A DNA stretch of 64,000 nucleotides. Origin: Candidatus Nomurabacteria bacterium (GTDB lineage: Bacteria > Patescibacteriota > Minisyncoccia > Phycocordibacterales > UBA918). Shown here piece by piece: positions 11,100-20,806 of the stretch. Made by a program: the position numbers and the translations under genes. Position 1 is the first letter of the stretch; each line of letters starts with the position of its first letter. The stretch is taken from positions 601,778-665,777 of the forward strand of contig JACKGH010000001.1 of assembly GCA_020632075.1 (NCBI GenBank), read 5' to 3'. Below the pieces are notes generated by a model. The model made no database searches, had not been told where the DNA came from, and saw nothing but the letters and a program-made list of their open reading frames with translations.

Positions 11100-12040
11100 C
11101 TGCGTTTTGCGAGCAGCCACTCACCGAAGAGCGCGCTCAAAAGCAAAACGATTTACCTAAGGATAAGACAAAAGTATCTATAAACACTTTTGTCTTGTGC
11201 TCACATATCTTTGTGGAAAGAATATGTGTTATTGCTGTGTGATGCATACCATTCTGATCAACAAAGTTGATCACAACAATATACTTCTCATATCTATAGT
11301 TGGGCTATAGATATGTTGTATGAAAATGTCAACGTACACACTGATCCCTTTCGGAAGTTCTCCTCGGAACTTACCCGTGAGAAAAGTGCCTCAAGGCACT
11401 CTTGTATTACCTCCGATGAACAGTGGCGCCATTATACAGATCGCTAAAAAAAATGCAAGCGTTTCCTGAGGAAAGAAATTCAGAACCCATCCCTGCAGCT
11501 CGCTGCAGCCATAATCTCCCCTTGGTCGGGGTCGATTCTGGCTAAGCGCCTACATAAATTCAGAATAATCGCTGCGCTCATTTCTTCATTCAAAAACTTT
11601 GCAAGTACTTTTTGGGTATATTTTTGTAAAGTATCAACAATGCAAAATCACCAACTAAGAAACCCGTATCACTGAGTCCATTTCCATAAAAAATAGAGCC
11701 TCCGGCGCGTGACGCGGCCAGGAGGCTCAGGCTGACTCGAGAGCACACACAATGTGGTGCTCGACCGAATCGAAGAACTGTTTGTTCTGAATTAGGAAAC
11801 AATTTGTATGTAGAATCTTTGGTGACAGTTCGGTGAAAGTTCGGACGGGTTAGGTCGTACAGGTCACGTACAGGTCACGTTTGATTTCACATGTTGTTGC
11901 AGCACATCTTTCAGCAACGGTTCAGACGGGTTAGGTCGTACTTGGTTACGTACTGTATACACTGCATCAGCATTCGGTAAGAGAATGTTTAGGAGCTCTT
12001 TCTCCTTGTCACCGGCCGCAGTTGCGGCCGGTGACTTTTT
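11100..12040. other. ~0.9-kb ORF-free spacer/16S leader region rich in perfect hairpins and direct repeats
   Basis: Inverted repeats (catatctatag-ttggg-ctatagatatg, gacaaaagt...acttttgtc, tgatcaac-aaag-ttgatca); direct repeats GTTCrGACGGGTTAGGTCGTAC x2 and tandem gtacaggtcac x2. Confidence 0.5.
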
Positions 12041-12045
12041 CTTCC

Positions 12046-13608
12046 TTACACTGCCTGTGCAACAGGGTCACCCAAAGGGACCCGGCCGTTCATGACAGCG
12101 TTCTCGAGACGAAGCTTCAAGCGCTTGAGCGCAAAAGCCTCACCTGTCTCCTGACCACTCACTTCGTTACGCACCACATCTGTTTGCACCTGACCCTTCG
12201 GAGTATGTTGCTCCCTCCAGATCTTGATAACAAACGGACGTTTTTTGTACGTACCTTTCCATTCCACCGCGTACTCCTTGCCTTCCGTCAGGTTGGCGAG
12301 CATGTCGATGGTCAGATTGGACGAGTTCCATTTCGGCATCTCATCCGCAGGATTGTGAGCTGCCACGTCGAGCGCATCTTCAGCCATATGTACAGCTTCC
12401 GATGCTTGCCGCTCGACAGCTGACTGCCGCATACGAAGCGACGTGCGCAGAGCAGGATCATTGCTTCGCTTGTCTCCGAACAAGTACACACGATGGCGTG
12501 CTACCTGTTTCGCAAGATTGCCGACATCCTTCCGGGTCTTGCGACCCAAGAGCCACGAGATCAGGACTGCCAGCAGTACGAGTACCGCTGCGACGACGGC
12601 CGCCGTCCACACCTGATACTTCTCAGGGTTGAAGGTGTAGCTCTTAGCGAGATCTTCACCACCCCAAGCCAGCACCAGGTCGTGCAAGAACGGCTTCTCC
12701 AGCTTTTTGATACGACCATCGAAAGTAGACACCGTAGCACCCATTTTCTTAACCGTCTCTCCAAGATTGGAGATGTTGCCAGCATTCTCAGCAATGGCCC
12801 CGTTGGCCACGCCGATCTGCTCCGCCATCACCTGATAGCTTGCCTCAAGCTTTGCGGTGCGTTCCTTCAGGCCACCAATTTCGAGCCCATGGAGACGTAC
12901 CGTGTCACGCAGCTTGCCGATCTGGCCTTCGAGTGCAGCAACAGCGTCATCGAGCATTTTCGGTGCCACGACTCCAGCCGCTACCATCTTCTCGGCCTTG
13001 GCCAGCCTCGCGTCGAGCTCGACATCAGCTGCCTGCAGTCCTTTGATCTCGTTGATCTGCCGCAAGAATTCTGCCTTGTCAGCATCGCTGACGCGGTTGT
13101 TCTTGCTATTGGCCCCCATGACCGTGATGAACTGCCGTACCGTCTGGAGCTTCCCAGCTGCCAGTGCGGCCTGCCGACGCGTTTCCATTTGCGTCGTCAG
13201 TTCGGTCTTGGGAACGAGTCCCAGGTAGACACCGTACTCCACCATATCCTTCAGGTGACCGACCGGCATATCCGGCGTCACTTCACCTTTCAGCGACATG
13301 TTGCTTTCGCTCATCACGTGATGGACGAAGCCGTACGGCTGCTGCTTCGCTTCGCTCAAGCGAGCGAAGGGTGCAGCACAGTGCGTCTTTGCGTATCCAC
13401 GCAGCAACTCACCCACCTTGGTCCGCGAAACCATCGTGTCACCGGACTTGATCCCCAGCACCCGCTGGGTGTTTGTCCAGTCAGATTCGAAGGTGGCCGG
13501 GTCGCCCCAGACCCCTTCGCATGAGTACACCGGCTCTGCAGCCGACGCAGCCAGACTGGTCACCATGAGGAGACCAGCCATGAAGGCTCCTGCAAAAGAA
13601 AGTTTCAT
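12046..13608 (-). CDS. secreted coiled-coil protein with C-terminal TM anchor, hypothetical
   Basis: Signal peptide MKLSFAGAFMAGLLMVTSLAASAA, heptad-like central region, TM VWTAAVVAAVLVLLAVLISWLL near the C-terminus; GC-rich. Confidence 0.55.
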   Translation of the reverse strand: MKLSFAGAFMAGLLMVTSLAASAAEPVYSCEGVWGDPATFESDWTNTQRVLGIKSGDTMVSRTKVGELLRGYAKTHCAAPFARLSEAKQQPYGFVHHVMSESNMSLKGEVTPDMPVGHLKDMVEYGVYLGLVPKTELTTQMETRRQAALAAGKLQTVRQFITVMGANSKNNRVSDADKAEFLRQINEIKGLQAADVELDARLAKAEKMVAAGVVAPKMLDDAVAALEGQIGKLRDTVRLHGLEIGGLKERTAKLEASYQVMAEQIGVANGAIAENAGNISNLGETVKKMGATVSTFDGRIKKLEKPFLHDLVLAWGGEDLAKSYTFNPEKYQVWTAAVVAAVLVLLAVLISWLLGRKTRKDVGNLAKQVARHRVYLFGDKRSNDPALRTSLRMRQSAVERQASEAVHMAEDALDVAAHNPADEMPKWNSSNLTIDMLANLTEGKEYAVEWKGTYKKRPFVIKIWREQHTPKGQVQTDVVRNEVSGQETGEAFALKRLKLRLENAVMNGRVPLGDPVAQAV

Positions 13609-13674
13609 GAGTTTATCTCCCCATTTTTACGTTGAGTTTGCGGAGCCGGCGGCCGTGAGGCCGCCGGCAATTCC

Positions 13675-14361
13675 TTACCGACGCGGTGAGAATGCCCCAC
13701 CGCAGCAGTCGCCCCCTGATGCGTTAAAGTTGAGATCAACCCCCGCACCAGCACTGGACTCCGAACCAGAGATCGCTCCTGCCGAGCTGTTACCACCCGC
13801 GTTGATGAGAGTGGTATTTCCGGCACAGTTGCCGTCTTTACAGCTGTCGGCACGAATCTCGGCGGCCCAAGCACCATGTCCAAGAGCGGACAAGAGCTGA
13901 ACGCCGAGCTTCGCTACGAAGCGACCATTGGCCTCTTGCGAGAACGGCTGCGTCAGCAGAACAACGGGCTTACCGTTGTTCAGCTTCATCGTTCCATCAG
14001 GCCCTTCGGTCTGGTAGATGATGAGTGCTCCGACCTCCATCCCCATTTCGCTGGTGATGTGTCCTTGATACACTGCAGCCTGGTCGAGCAGTCGGTTACG
14101 AAGAATCGTACCGGCTGTCTTCCCTTCACCAAAGTGCACCGGGAATCCGGCACGGTAGTCAGTCTGCTGTTTCTTGAGCCAGCGGTCCGACAGAATCGGC
14201 ATCTGAGTATCGTACTCAGTGCGTTGATTATCATCCCACTGGTTGACGTACGTGTCATCCGAGACACGCTCGATCGGAGCTTTGGGACCCAATGAAGAGC
14301 ACCCCGTAGCTCCGACTACCAAGGCCGCAAGCAGCGACCGCGAGAAGATTTTCGTCTTCAT
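13675..14361 (-). CDS. lipoprotein, hypothetical
   Basis: Lipobox LVVGATGC after MKTKIFSRSLLAA; Gly/Ser/Cys-rich C-terminus. Confidence 0.55.
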   Translation of the reverse strand: MKTKIFSRSLLAALVVGATGCSSLGPKAPIERVSDDTYVNQWDDNQRTEYDTQMPILSDRWLKKQQTDYRAGFPVHFGEGKTAGTILRNRLLDQAAVYQGHITSEMGMEVGALIIYQTEGPDGTMKLNNGKPVVLLTQPFSQEANGRFVAKLGVQLLSALGHGAWAAEIRADSCKDGNCAGNTTLINAGGNSSAGAISGSESSAGAGVDLNFNASGGDCCGGAFSPRR

Positions 14362-14377
14362 TCTACATCTCCTGTTG

Positions 14378-15178
14378 TTAGTCGCAGATCACGCGGAATT
14401 GCTGCGGCATGTTCACGGTATCTTCGATTCGAAAATCGAAACTCGGAATATACTGATCGTCAGTACAGCAGCATCCAAGCACTTGGCTCGGTAGATGCAG
14501 ACTGTGATCACCATTGATCGGTTGACCTGTCGCTACGATCCGACACTCAGGCTCGACCGGAGGGGTCGGGGCTGGAGGCGGTGGTTTGGGTGGATCGTAG
14601 GTAAACCCTGCGTTGTTGCAGCTCTTGCCCGGGTCATCCCGGAACCAGTAGCTGAACAAACCCTCACCAAGCGGACAGATGAGCGCCTTGTCTTCGCGGC
14701 CAAGCAGTTTTTCAACCAGCTCGGTCACGCCATGATGACCATTGATGAGGCCATTCATGTAGAGAAAGACGATCTCGTCTGGTACCGTTTCCCAGTAGCA
14801 CTGCTCGGCAGCCGAATACTTCTCCGGATGCTCATACTTGTCCCGGGAGGTAAAGCAAGTTTGCTCTACCATCAGAGGTTTGAGTCCCTTGAGGAACTCT
14901 TTCTCTTCCTGGGTCTTACCTGGGAAACCAGCCGCAAGATCAGACCGATAGTGATCGACCGTCCGAAGACATTGGTCGAACAACGATCCAGGTGTTGCGT
15001 GGAATGACGAGTATCGCATCGATTTCCACTTTCCCCGAGGGGCAAGCGGAGTCGACGGAAACTCTGTTTTGATTTGGGCGTCGCCTGCGGGCTCTGCCAC
15101 AGACGAGGTTGAAAAACACAGGCAGCCGATGGCTACCATCGCAATCCAACCGAGCGCCCGCAAGCGTATGCTATGCAT
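14378..15178 (-). CDS. secreted hypothetical protein (Pro-rich segment PPKPPPPAPTPP)
   Basis: N-terminal signal peptide; in-frame 266-aa ORF. Confidence 0.5.
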   Translation of the reverse strand: MHSIRLRALGWIAMVAIGCLCFSTSSVAEPAGDAQIKTEFPSTPLAPRGKWKSMRYSSFHATPGSLFDQCLRTVDHYRSDLAAGFPGKTQEEKEFLKGLKPLMVEQTCFTSRDKYEHPEKYSAAEQCYWETVPDEIVFLYMNGLINGHHGVTELVEKLLGREDKALICPLGEGLFSYWFRDDPGKSCNNAGFTYDPPKPPPPAPTPPVEPECRIVATGQPINGDHSLHLPSQVLGCCCTDDQYIPSFDFRIEDTVNMPQQFRVICD

Positions 15179-15443
15179 TGTTGTTTCCTCTTCAGTTGTG
15201 ACGAACGCGGTTCCCTTATCATGACACCACGAATGATCCGTGTGTCAAGATATAATCCGTGGAGGGTTTTATAGCATACTTTTAATAAAAAATCAAGTGA
15301 TTATTGAAGCTTGTCCTGCAGTCAGATCTAGCGACACAAAATCAATGCTGTAAGCCCTTGACCTGTTCCAGGAATCGGCGGCAGGCAAAAGCCGCCGATT
15401 CGGAACTAAATTCGTAATATACTCTTCGAGTATTTACTCATTT

Positions 15444-15474
15444 AAAAAATGCCCTACCGGGCTGGTAGGGACAT
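15444..15474 (-). terminator. rho-independent terminator
   Basis: minus-strand gccctaccagcccggtagggc hairpin followed by UUUUUUAAAU. Confidence 0.5.
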
Positions 15475-15561
15475 GGATGTATTGATCACTCGAAGAGTGT
15501 CAAAGGTTAGGATGCGGTGACCCAAGCAAGCTTGAGTCACCGCGACAGCGATGCGACCGAG

Positions 15562-15993
15562 TTACTGGCCGGTACTACCCCGGCTTACGCCGTAGGTGAC
15601 ACCGATCAAAGTTTCGGCGACCGAACGGTTGGCGACTCCCGCTGCCTGGCCGGGCGTGTTGCTGACGGCCTCACCGAAAGAAAACACATGCTCACTGGCG
15701 AGACCCTGGAAGCTTGCCATGACGCTTTCGCATCCATTTGCGCAACCCTGCAGACTGAGGTCGATCTGCTGGTTCAGCGAGAGGTTACCCTCCTTGATGA
15801 CGTGAGCGACCGATTCGTCGCCTTCGGTGTTCACGACACCTTCACCGGCGATGCCACCGACTCCATTGAGGACCACCTGGAGGGTCTCGATGGGCTGAAC
15901 GCAGATTTCCGGGTCGCAGGCCGATGCATTGGTCACGAGGCCGAGTGCCAGTGCTGCCGAGGCAGCGGTCAGTGCGAAGAACTTGGTTTTCAT
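15562..15993 (-). CDS. small secreted hypothetical protein
   Basis: Signal peptide MKTKFFALTAASAALALGLVTNASA. Confidence 0.5.
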   Translation of the reverse strand: MKTKFFALTAASAALALGLVTNASACDPEICVQPIETLQVVLNGVGGIAGEGVVNTEGDESVAHVIKEGNLSLNQQIDLSLQGCANGCESVMASFQGLASEHVFSFGEAVSNTPGQAAGVANRSVAETLIGVTYGVSRGSTGQ

Positions 15994-16225
15994 GTCTCAT
16001 CCCCTTCTGGATTGACGTGATGTATGTGTTGGCAATGCGCCAACGGTTCTTGCCCCACAGCGTGGGACAAGGTTGGTGGTTTCCAGAATTTTGTTCTGGA
16101 AGAGACCAACACATGACCACGTCGTGAAGACATGCCAAAGCTAGCATACATTAGAAAAAAGTCAAGCCTCAACTGTTGACGTTGCGGCTTGACCTCGCTT
16201 GGCTTCTGGAACAGAATGATTTCCC

Positions 16226-17338
16226 TTACTCCTCACCAAAACGCAGCTCCTGTGCGCGATCCTTGAAGTCGATCTGTTCTTGTTGTTCAAATCCAGATTC
16301 TGGTTGCCACAATTGTTCAAACTCAGCCATATCTTCTTCACCACCTGATGGCATAAATGATCCAAGCACACCAATGATCACAAGCACAACATACTTCCAC
16401 TTATCAGTACCAATTCCACTAGCCTCTGTCACTGGTCGTGCTGCTACTAAATGACGGAACAAAAGCACGTTGAAACGGAAAGACCAGATGCTTGTAAATA
16501 CGGCATACACAATAAAGAGGAGTCCCCCTGCTGCGATTAATCCAATATTTCCAAGCAGGTCTGGATAGTCTGCCTCTCCGGGAATGCCCAGGAAGAAGAT
16601 CATTGCAACAACAGCCCCAATAACCATAACTACCATCGGCAACGCAATAATAGACACGAATAGGCCCTTACGCCACAAGAGCGGCCACCAGTTACCCTTA
16701 CCTAGTTCACGGGCCCGAAATACTGAGGACAGACCAGTGAAACCTTCCATGATGTATGCGTACACCATGAAAGAAATGAATGGACCGATCACAATATACG
16801 GAATGATGATACTACTCGCTCCTTGGACGATCAGCATCATCAGTAACATGACCCATAGCCCAGACCAAAAGAAATGTCCCTTGGCCCAATCCCAGCCATC
16901 CTTGAGACGTACTTCAGCCGCATCAGAATCTGTTGCAACCACCCGCTGCACAGCCAAACTGAAAACCAAGAACAAGAATGAACCACCAACCGCAACAATG
17001 AACATCAGCGCTCCAGCCACGATCGGTTGCGCCGTCATAAGCATTGCCGACAAACCTAGGAGCGCAACAAAAACCACAAACAGCAATAATGTCCATCCCA
17101 CAAGTGACCACTTCTTCCAAGCGTACGACAAGCTACCCATAAACAGACTGCCGAAACTCGGTAACAAAACGGCGTCTGTACTGACCGGCGTATCACTGCC
17201 ACTGTGCTGTGCTGCGGTGATCGCAACCTCAATAACAGACTCATCGTGGCCCGCGGTACGCATCTCAGCCTTGATCGACTCAACATCGTGACCTAATGAT
17301 AGTCGTTCTTTCACTGCTGCGAGTAATTCTGGAGACAT
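16226..17338 (-). CDS. polytopic membrane protein, hypothetical
   Basis: 370 aa with a soluble N-terminal ~90 aa followed by at least 6 TM helices. Confidence 0.55.
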   Translation of the reverse strand: MSPELLAAVKERLSLGHDVESIKAEMRTAGHDESVIEVAITAAQHSGSDTPVSTDAVLLPSFGSLFMGSLSYAWKKWSLVGWTLLLFVVFVALLGLSAMLMTAQPIVAGALMFIVAVGGSFLFLVFSLAVQRVVATDSDAAEVRLKDGWDWAKGHFFWSGLWVMLLMMLIVQGASSIIIPYIVIGPFISFMVYAYIMEGFTGLSSVFRARELGKGNWWPLLWRKGLFVSIIALPMVVMVIGAVVAMIFFLGIPGEADYPDLLGNIGLIAAGGLLFIVYAVFTSIWSFRFNVLLFRHLVAARPVTEASGIGTDKWKYVVLVIIGVLGSFMPSGGEEDMAEFEQLWQPESGFEQQEQIDFKDRAQELRFGEE

Positions 17339-17411
17339 AGAAATAAACTGATTAACCTGGATAAACTTATTCGTAGCATACCATTTTGCAGGCGGGAGTG
17401 TTTAGCGTACA

Positions 17412-18116
17412 ATGCACAACAATATGGATACACACGAAACGATCGTTATGTCAGTGGGCGGATCGCTCATTGTGCCCGACCAAATCGATACTGAATTCCT
17501 CAGTACGTTTAAAAAATTTGTAGAAGCAGAGATCGCCGAAGGAAGGCGATTTATTATTATTGCCGGCGGCGGCCGCACCGCTCGAAATTATCAGGATGCG
17601 GCCGCCGCCGTAGCTGAACTCGCCACCGACGACCTCGATTGGATGGGTATCCACGCCACTCGCCTTAATGGCCACCTACTCCGCACCATCTTCCGTGATT
17701 CTGCCCACCGCGTGATGCTCACCAATCCAGACGAGATCCTCGATGTACCAAAGGATGAAAAAGTGGTGATCGCGTCTGGCTACCGACCAGGCAGCTCGAC
17801 CGACCTTCGTGCAGTCCAGATCGCTGAACTCGTCGGTGCTAAGAAAGTGATTAACCTTTCAAATATCGACTACGTCTACACCGACGACCCTCGCACTAAC
17901 CCAGACGCAAAACGGATCGAAAATATCAGCTGGGGCGAGTTCCGTGCCCTGATCCCAAGTGAGTGGGATCCAGGACTGTCTGCCCCGTTTGATCCGATCG
18001 CCGCTAAGGCCGCTGACGAAAAAGAGATCGAGGTTGCCATCATCAATGGCAACAAGCCAGACGCACTGACTGATTATCTCCACGGAAAAGAATTTATTGG
18101 AACAAAGATCGCGTAG
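17412..18116 (+). CDS. pyrH: UMP kinase (amino-acid kinase family, archaeal-type short form)
   Basis: SVGGSLI and IIAGGGRTARNY motifs; 234 aa. Confidence 0.7.
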   Translation: MHNNMDTHETIVMSVGGSLIVPDQIDTEFLSTFKKFVEAEIAEGRRFIIIAGGGRTARNYQDAAAAVAELATDDLDWMGIHATRLNGHLLRTIFRDSAHRVMLTNPDEILDVPKDEKVVIASGYRPGSSTDLRAVQIAELVGAKKVINLSNIDYVYTDDPRTNPDAKRIENISWGEFRALIPSEWDPGLSAPFDPIAAKAADEKEIEVAIINGNKPDALTDYLHGKEFIGTKIA

Positions 18117-18119
18117 ATA

Positions 18120-18158
18120 ACAAAAGCGCCGGTCCCTTCGGGACCGGCGCTTTTGTTA
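18120..18158. terminator. bidirectional terminator
   Basis: aaaagcgccggtcccttcgggaccggcgcttttgtt. Confidence 0.6.
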
Positions 18159-18159
18159 T

Positions 18160-18519
18160 CTACGCACGCTTCACTTTCAGCAGATGACGCAAGTATCGTA
18201 GTTCAAACAACTCCAAAACCACGAGCATGACAACACTCAATAAGATCAGGTACACACTGGTCGCCTGAATGAGTGACAATGTAAAACCGATCATGGTTGG
18301 TACTGTATCGGTGTGAATCGTTGTTGGAGCTGCATGATTCATTTCAAAATCCATCAGGACCGGCTGAGCTTGTGGCACACCAAACAACACTGCCGCGGAT
18401 AAACAAGACATCTGCCCGGCGCCACACTGTGTCACGATACTCTGAATAGTAACAACACTAAACGCCAAGAGTCCGATCACACCCAGTGCGGCCGCCACCC
18501 TTCTTATTGAATCTTTCAT
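18160..18519 (-). CDS. small membrane protein, hypothetical
   Basis: 119 aa, 3 predicted TM helices. Confidence 0.4.
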   Translation of the reverse strand: MKDSIRRVAAALGVIGLLAFSVVTIQSIVTQCGAGQMSCLSAAVLFGVPQAQPVLMDFEMNHAAPTTIHTDTVPTMIGFTLSLIQATSVYLILLSVVMLVVLELFELRYLRHLLKVKRA

Positions 18520-18551
18520 AGTACGCTTAGTATAACAGAGAACGACACACG

Positions 18552-19280
18552 CTATTGCAACTCTTTGTACACTGACTCCTGCGCATCATGAAGCCGCTCT
18601 GCAACATTCTTACAGTACGGATTGAAGCGATACACATCTTCAAACAGCTTCATATCGTCTTTCACGCTCTCAACCGCATCCATCAAAAATTGGAATGAGA
18701 GCGTATCGATCTCGGTTCGATTAAAGCCAGCTCGCACGATCGACTGACCAATGTAATGTGTCAAAAACAAAGTCTCCGCCAGACGCTTATCATGTTCATC
18801 GGCGGTCATCTCAATAATATTGAAACCAAAATCAGCAAACTTCTGCTTCAGCATCTGATACATGTCGTTCTTGAGCGCATAGTCAGTAACCACAATACGG
18901 AAACCACTCACATCGCCTTTATGTTTTTTGTAACTAACCGGGCCGAACATCGGATGTGTCGAAATAAATCGACGCCCATCGCAGTGCTTGTGACAAAGCT
19001 CGCTGGTGTGTTTCTTTACCGTTGCCACATCGATCAGCACCGTCTCGGGTAGTGCATGTTCGAGCACTGCCAACATCCGCTCTTCGTACTCACTGATACC
19101 ATCGCACAAGATGACCACATCTGACTGCGCTGCGGTCTTGAGGTCAAAGAAGTTCTTGCCGTCTGGCTCGTGCCGTCGGGAATGCACTCGAAACTCAACC
19201 TCTGGAAAAAAGCGCTGTCCCAGCTCAAGCAAGAACTTTCCAAAGTTTCCGTGTCCAATGATGCCAACTGTATTAACCAT
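18552..19280 (-). CDS. prephenate/arogenate dehydrogenase family protein (TyrA-like)
   Basis: GIIGHGNFG Rossmann motif and THPMFGP motif. Confidence 0.55.
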   Translation of the reverse strand: MVNTVGIIGHGNFGKFLLELGQRFFPEVEFRVHSRRHEPDGKNFFDLKTAAQSDVVILCDGISEYEERMLAVLEHALPETVLIDVATVKKHTSELCHKHCDGRRFISTHPMFGPVSYKKHKGDVSGFRIVVTDYALKNDMYQMLKQKFADFGFNIIEMTADEHDKRLAETLFLTHYIGQSIVRAGFNRTEIDTLSFQFLMDAVESVKDDMKLFEDVYRFNPYCKNVAERLHDAQESVYKELQ

Positions 19281-19824
19281 GATGTGTACTTAAAAACTGC
19301 TCAACTTCAGCTTCTAACGCCTCAATTGAATCGGTGTTCATAATCACGTAGTCCGATTCTTTAAGTGCACCAAAAATATCCTGCTTGGTTGGATCGTCTG
19401 GATTCATCTCACGTAATTCTTGAGCGTGCCACTCTTCAAATGACACGTGGTCAGTCTCACTTCCCCGCTTCACGATACGTTCGTACCGGATCTGCGGATC
19501 AGCATCAACACCAAGCACAAATCCTCCCTGCTCTTTGATGTACTTTGCTTCTGCGACGGCTCGTATACTTTCTATTACCGCATCGCCGCCACATTCTTTC
19601 GCTCGTGCTACCAACTGTTCAAAGATAAATGTTGGACCACCTTGTTTCCGAAGATCATTTGCGGTCTGTGTCAATGTATCTCGATTGACCGGCAAGCCTC
19701 GCTTCTCCACTTCTTCGGTAATAAGCGTACGTGCTGAAAAATGACTGAAGCCTTTCTGCTTCACCAAATAATCAGCCACACATCCTTTTCCTGCACCAAA
19801 TGAACCTGTGAGACCGATGAACAT
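19273..19824 (-). CDS. P-loop nucleotide/nucleoside kinase (dephospho-CoA kinase/dNMP kinase-like)
   Basis: GLTGSFGAGKG Walker A motif at the N-terminus; 183 aa. Confidence 0.5.
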   Translation of the reverse strand: MFIGLTGSFGAGKGCVADYLVKQKGFSHFSARTLITEEVEKRGLPVNRDTLTQTANDLRKQGGPTFIFEQLVARAKECGGDAVIESIRAVAEAKYIKEQGGFVLGVDADPQIRYERIVKRGSETDHVSFEEWHAQELREMNPDDPTKQDIFGALKESDYVIMNTDSIEALEAEVEQFLSTHHG

Positions 19825-19826
19825 AA

Positions 19827-20801
19827 CTATTTCGTTTTTTTAGCAGCCTTGTACATTGCGTACGTCACCACGAGTGGGCTGGCAATACAGATCGAAGAGT
19901 AGGTACCTGCGAGTACACCGGCCAGCAATACCAGCGCAAAGGTCTGTGTCACTGAACCGCCAAAGAAGTACAGACCAAGGAGCACTACCAAGGTTGTTAC
20001 AGATGTGTTTATAGAACGAGCCATAGTTTCAGAAACTGCTGAACCGACGATCTCATCGTATGGCTTGGTGAGTGTGTAGGTGACTTCTTCACGCACTAAA
20101 CCACCTGGCTCAGTATGCTTCTTGCGGTGTTCAGTCCGGTTCTTGGTCAAGTTTTCACGCACGCGGTCAAACACCACAATAGTGTCGTTGACCGAGTATC
20201 CCAGTACCGCCAAGAGAGCCATCACAAAGAGCACGTCTACTTCCACTCCAAAGGTGTAGCCCAAAATACTCATAAGCGCAGTTGGCACGAGCACATCGTG
20301 GATGAGCACAAAGATCGTGATCGCGCCATACATCCATGAACTGACCGGAGTACCGATACCAGCAAACGCAAACGCAACGTACAAGACAATAATTGAAACT
20401 ACTCCAAAGATGGCCCAACCGGCCTTTCCTCTAAGCTCCTCCCCGATCACTGGACCAATAGAGGTAAATCGAGTCACTTCTCCTCCTTCACCGATCTGTG
20501 TAACAGCTTCAACCAACTCACCACGCTGCTCATCGGTCAGATCTTGCGTACGAATGAAGTAGGTATCTTTACCAGATTCATCAACCGACGCGCGAACTGA
20601 ATACTCTGCAAAACCAAAGCCACCAACTGTCTCCTCAACTGTTTCTTTTGACGGAGCTGCTTCATATGACACCTCAGTCAGTGAACCTCCTGTAAAGTCG
20701 AGACCTAAGTTGAGTCCAAGAGCGCTGATAATGATTGCGCTTCCAACCATTACGACCGCAGCAATGGTCAACAACAATTTTCGATAGGTAATTACAAACA
20801 T
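19827..20801 (-). CDS. secF: protein translocase subunit SecF
   Basis: LGLDFTGG motif and 6-TM SecDF architecture; directly downstream of secD. Confidence 0.9.
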   Translation of the reverse strand: MFVITYRKLLLTIAAVVMVGSAIIISALGLNLGLDFTGGSLTEVSYEAAPSKETVEETVGGFGFAEYSVRASVDESGKDTYFIRTQDLTDEQRGELVEAVTQIGEGGEVTRFTSIGPVIGEELRGKAGWAIFGVVSIIVLYVAFAFAGIGTPVSSWMYGAITIFVLIHDVLVPTALMSILGYTFGVEVDVLFVMALLAVLGYSVNDTIVVFDRVRENLTKNRTEHRKKHTEPGGLVREEVTYTLTKPYDEIVGSAVSETMARSINTSVTTLVVLLGLYFFGGSVTQTFALVLLAGVLAGTYSSICIASPLVVTYAMYKAAKKTK

Positions 20802-20806
20802 ACGCG

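Noticed and set aside
12493-13524. 343-aa plus-strand ORF, plus other long plus-strand ORFs at 13418-13900, 13876-14295, 14495-15007, 15517-16020 and 16584-17291
   Set aside because: They are antisense to minus-strand ORFs that have clear signal peptides, lipoboxes or TM helices, and they show Arg/Cys/His-rich, low-complexity composition typical of spurious reading frames in GC-rich DNA.
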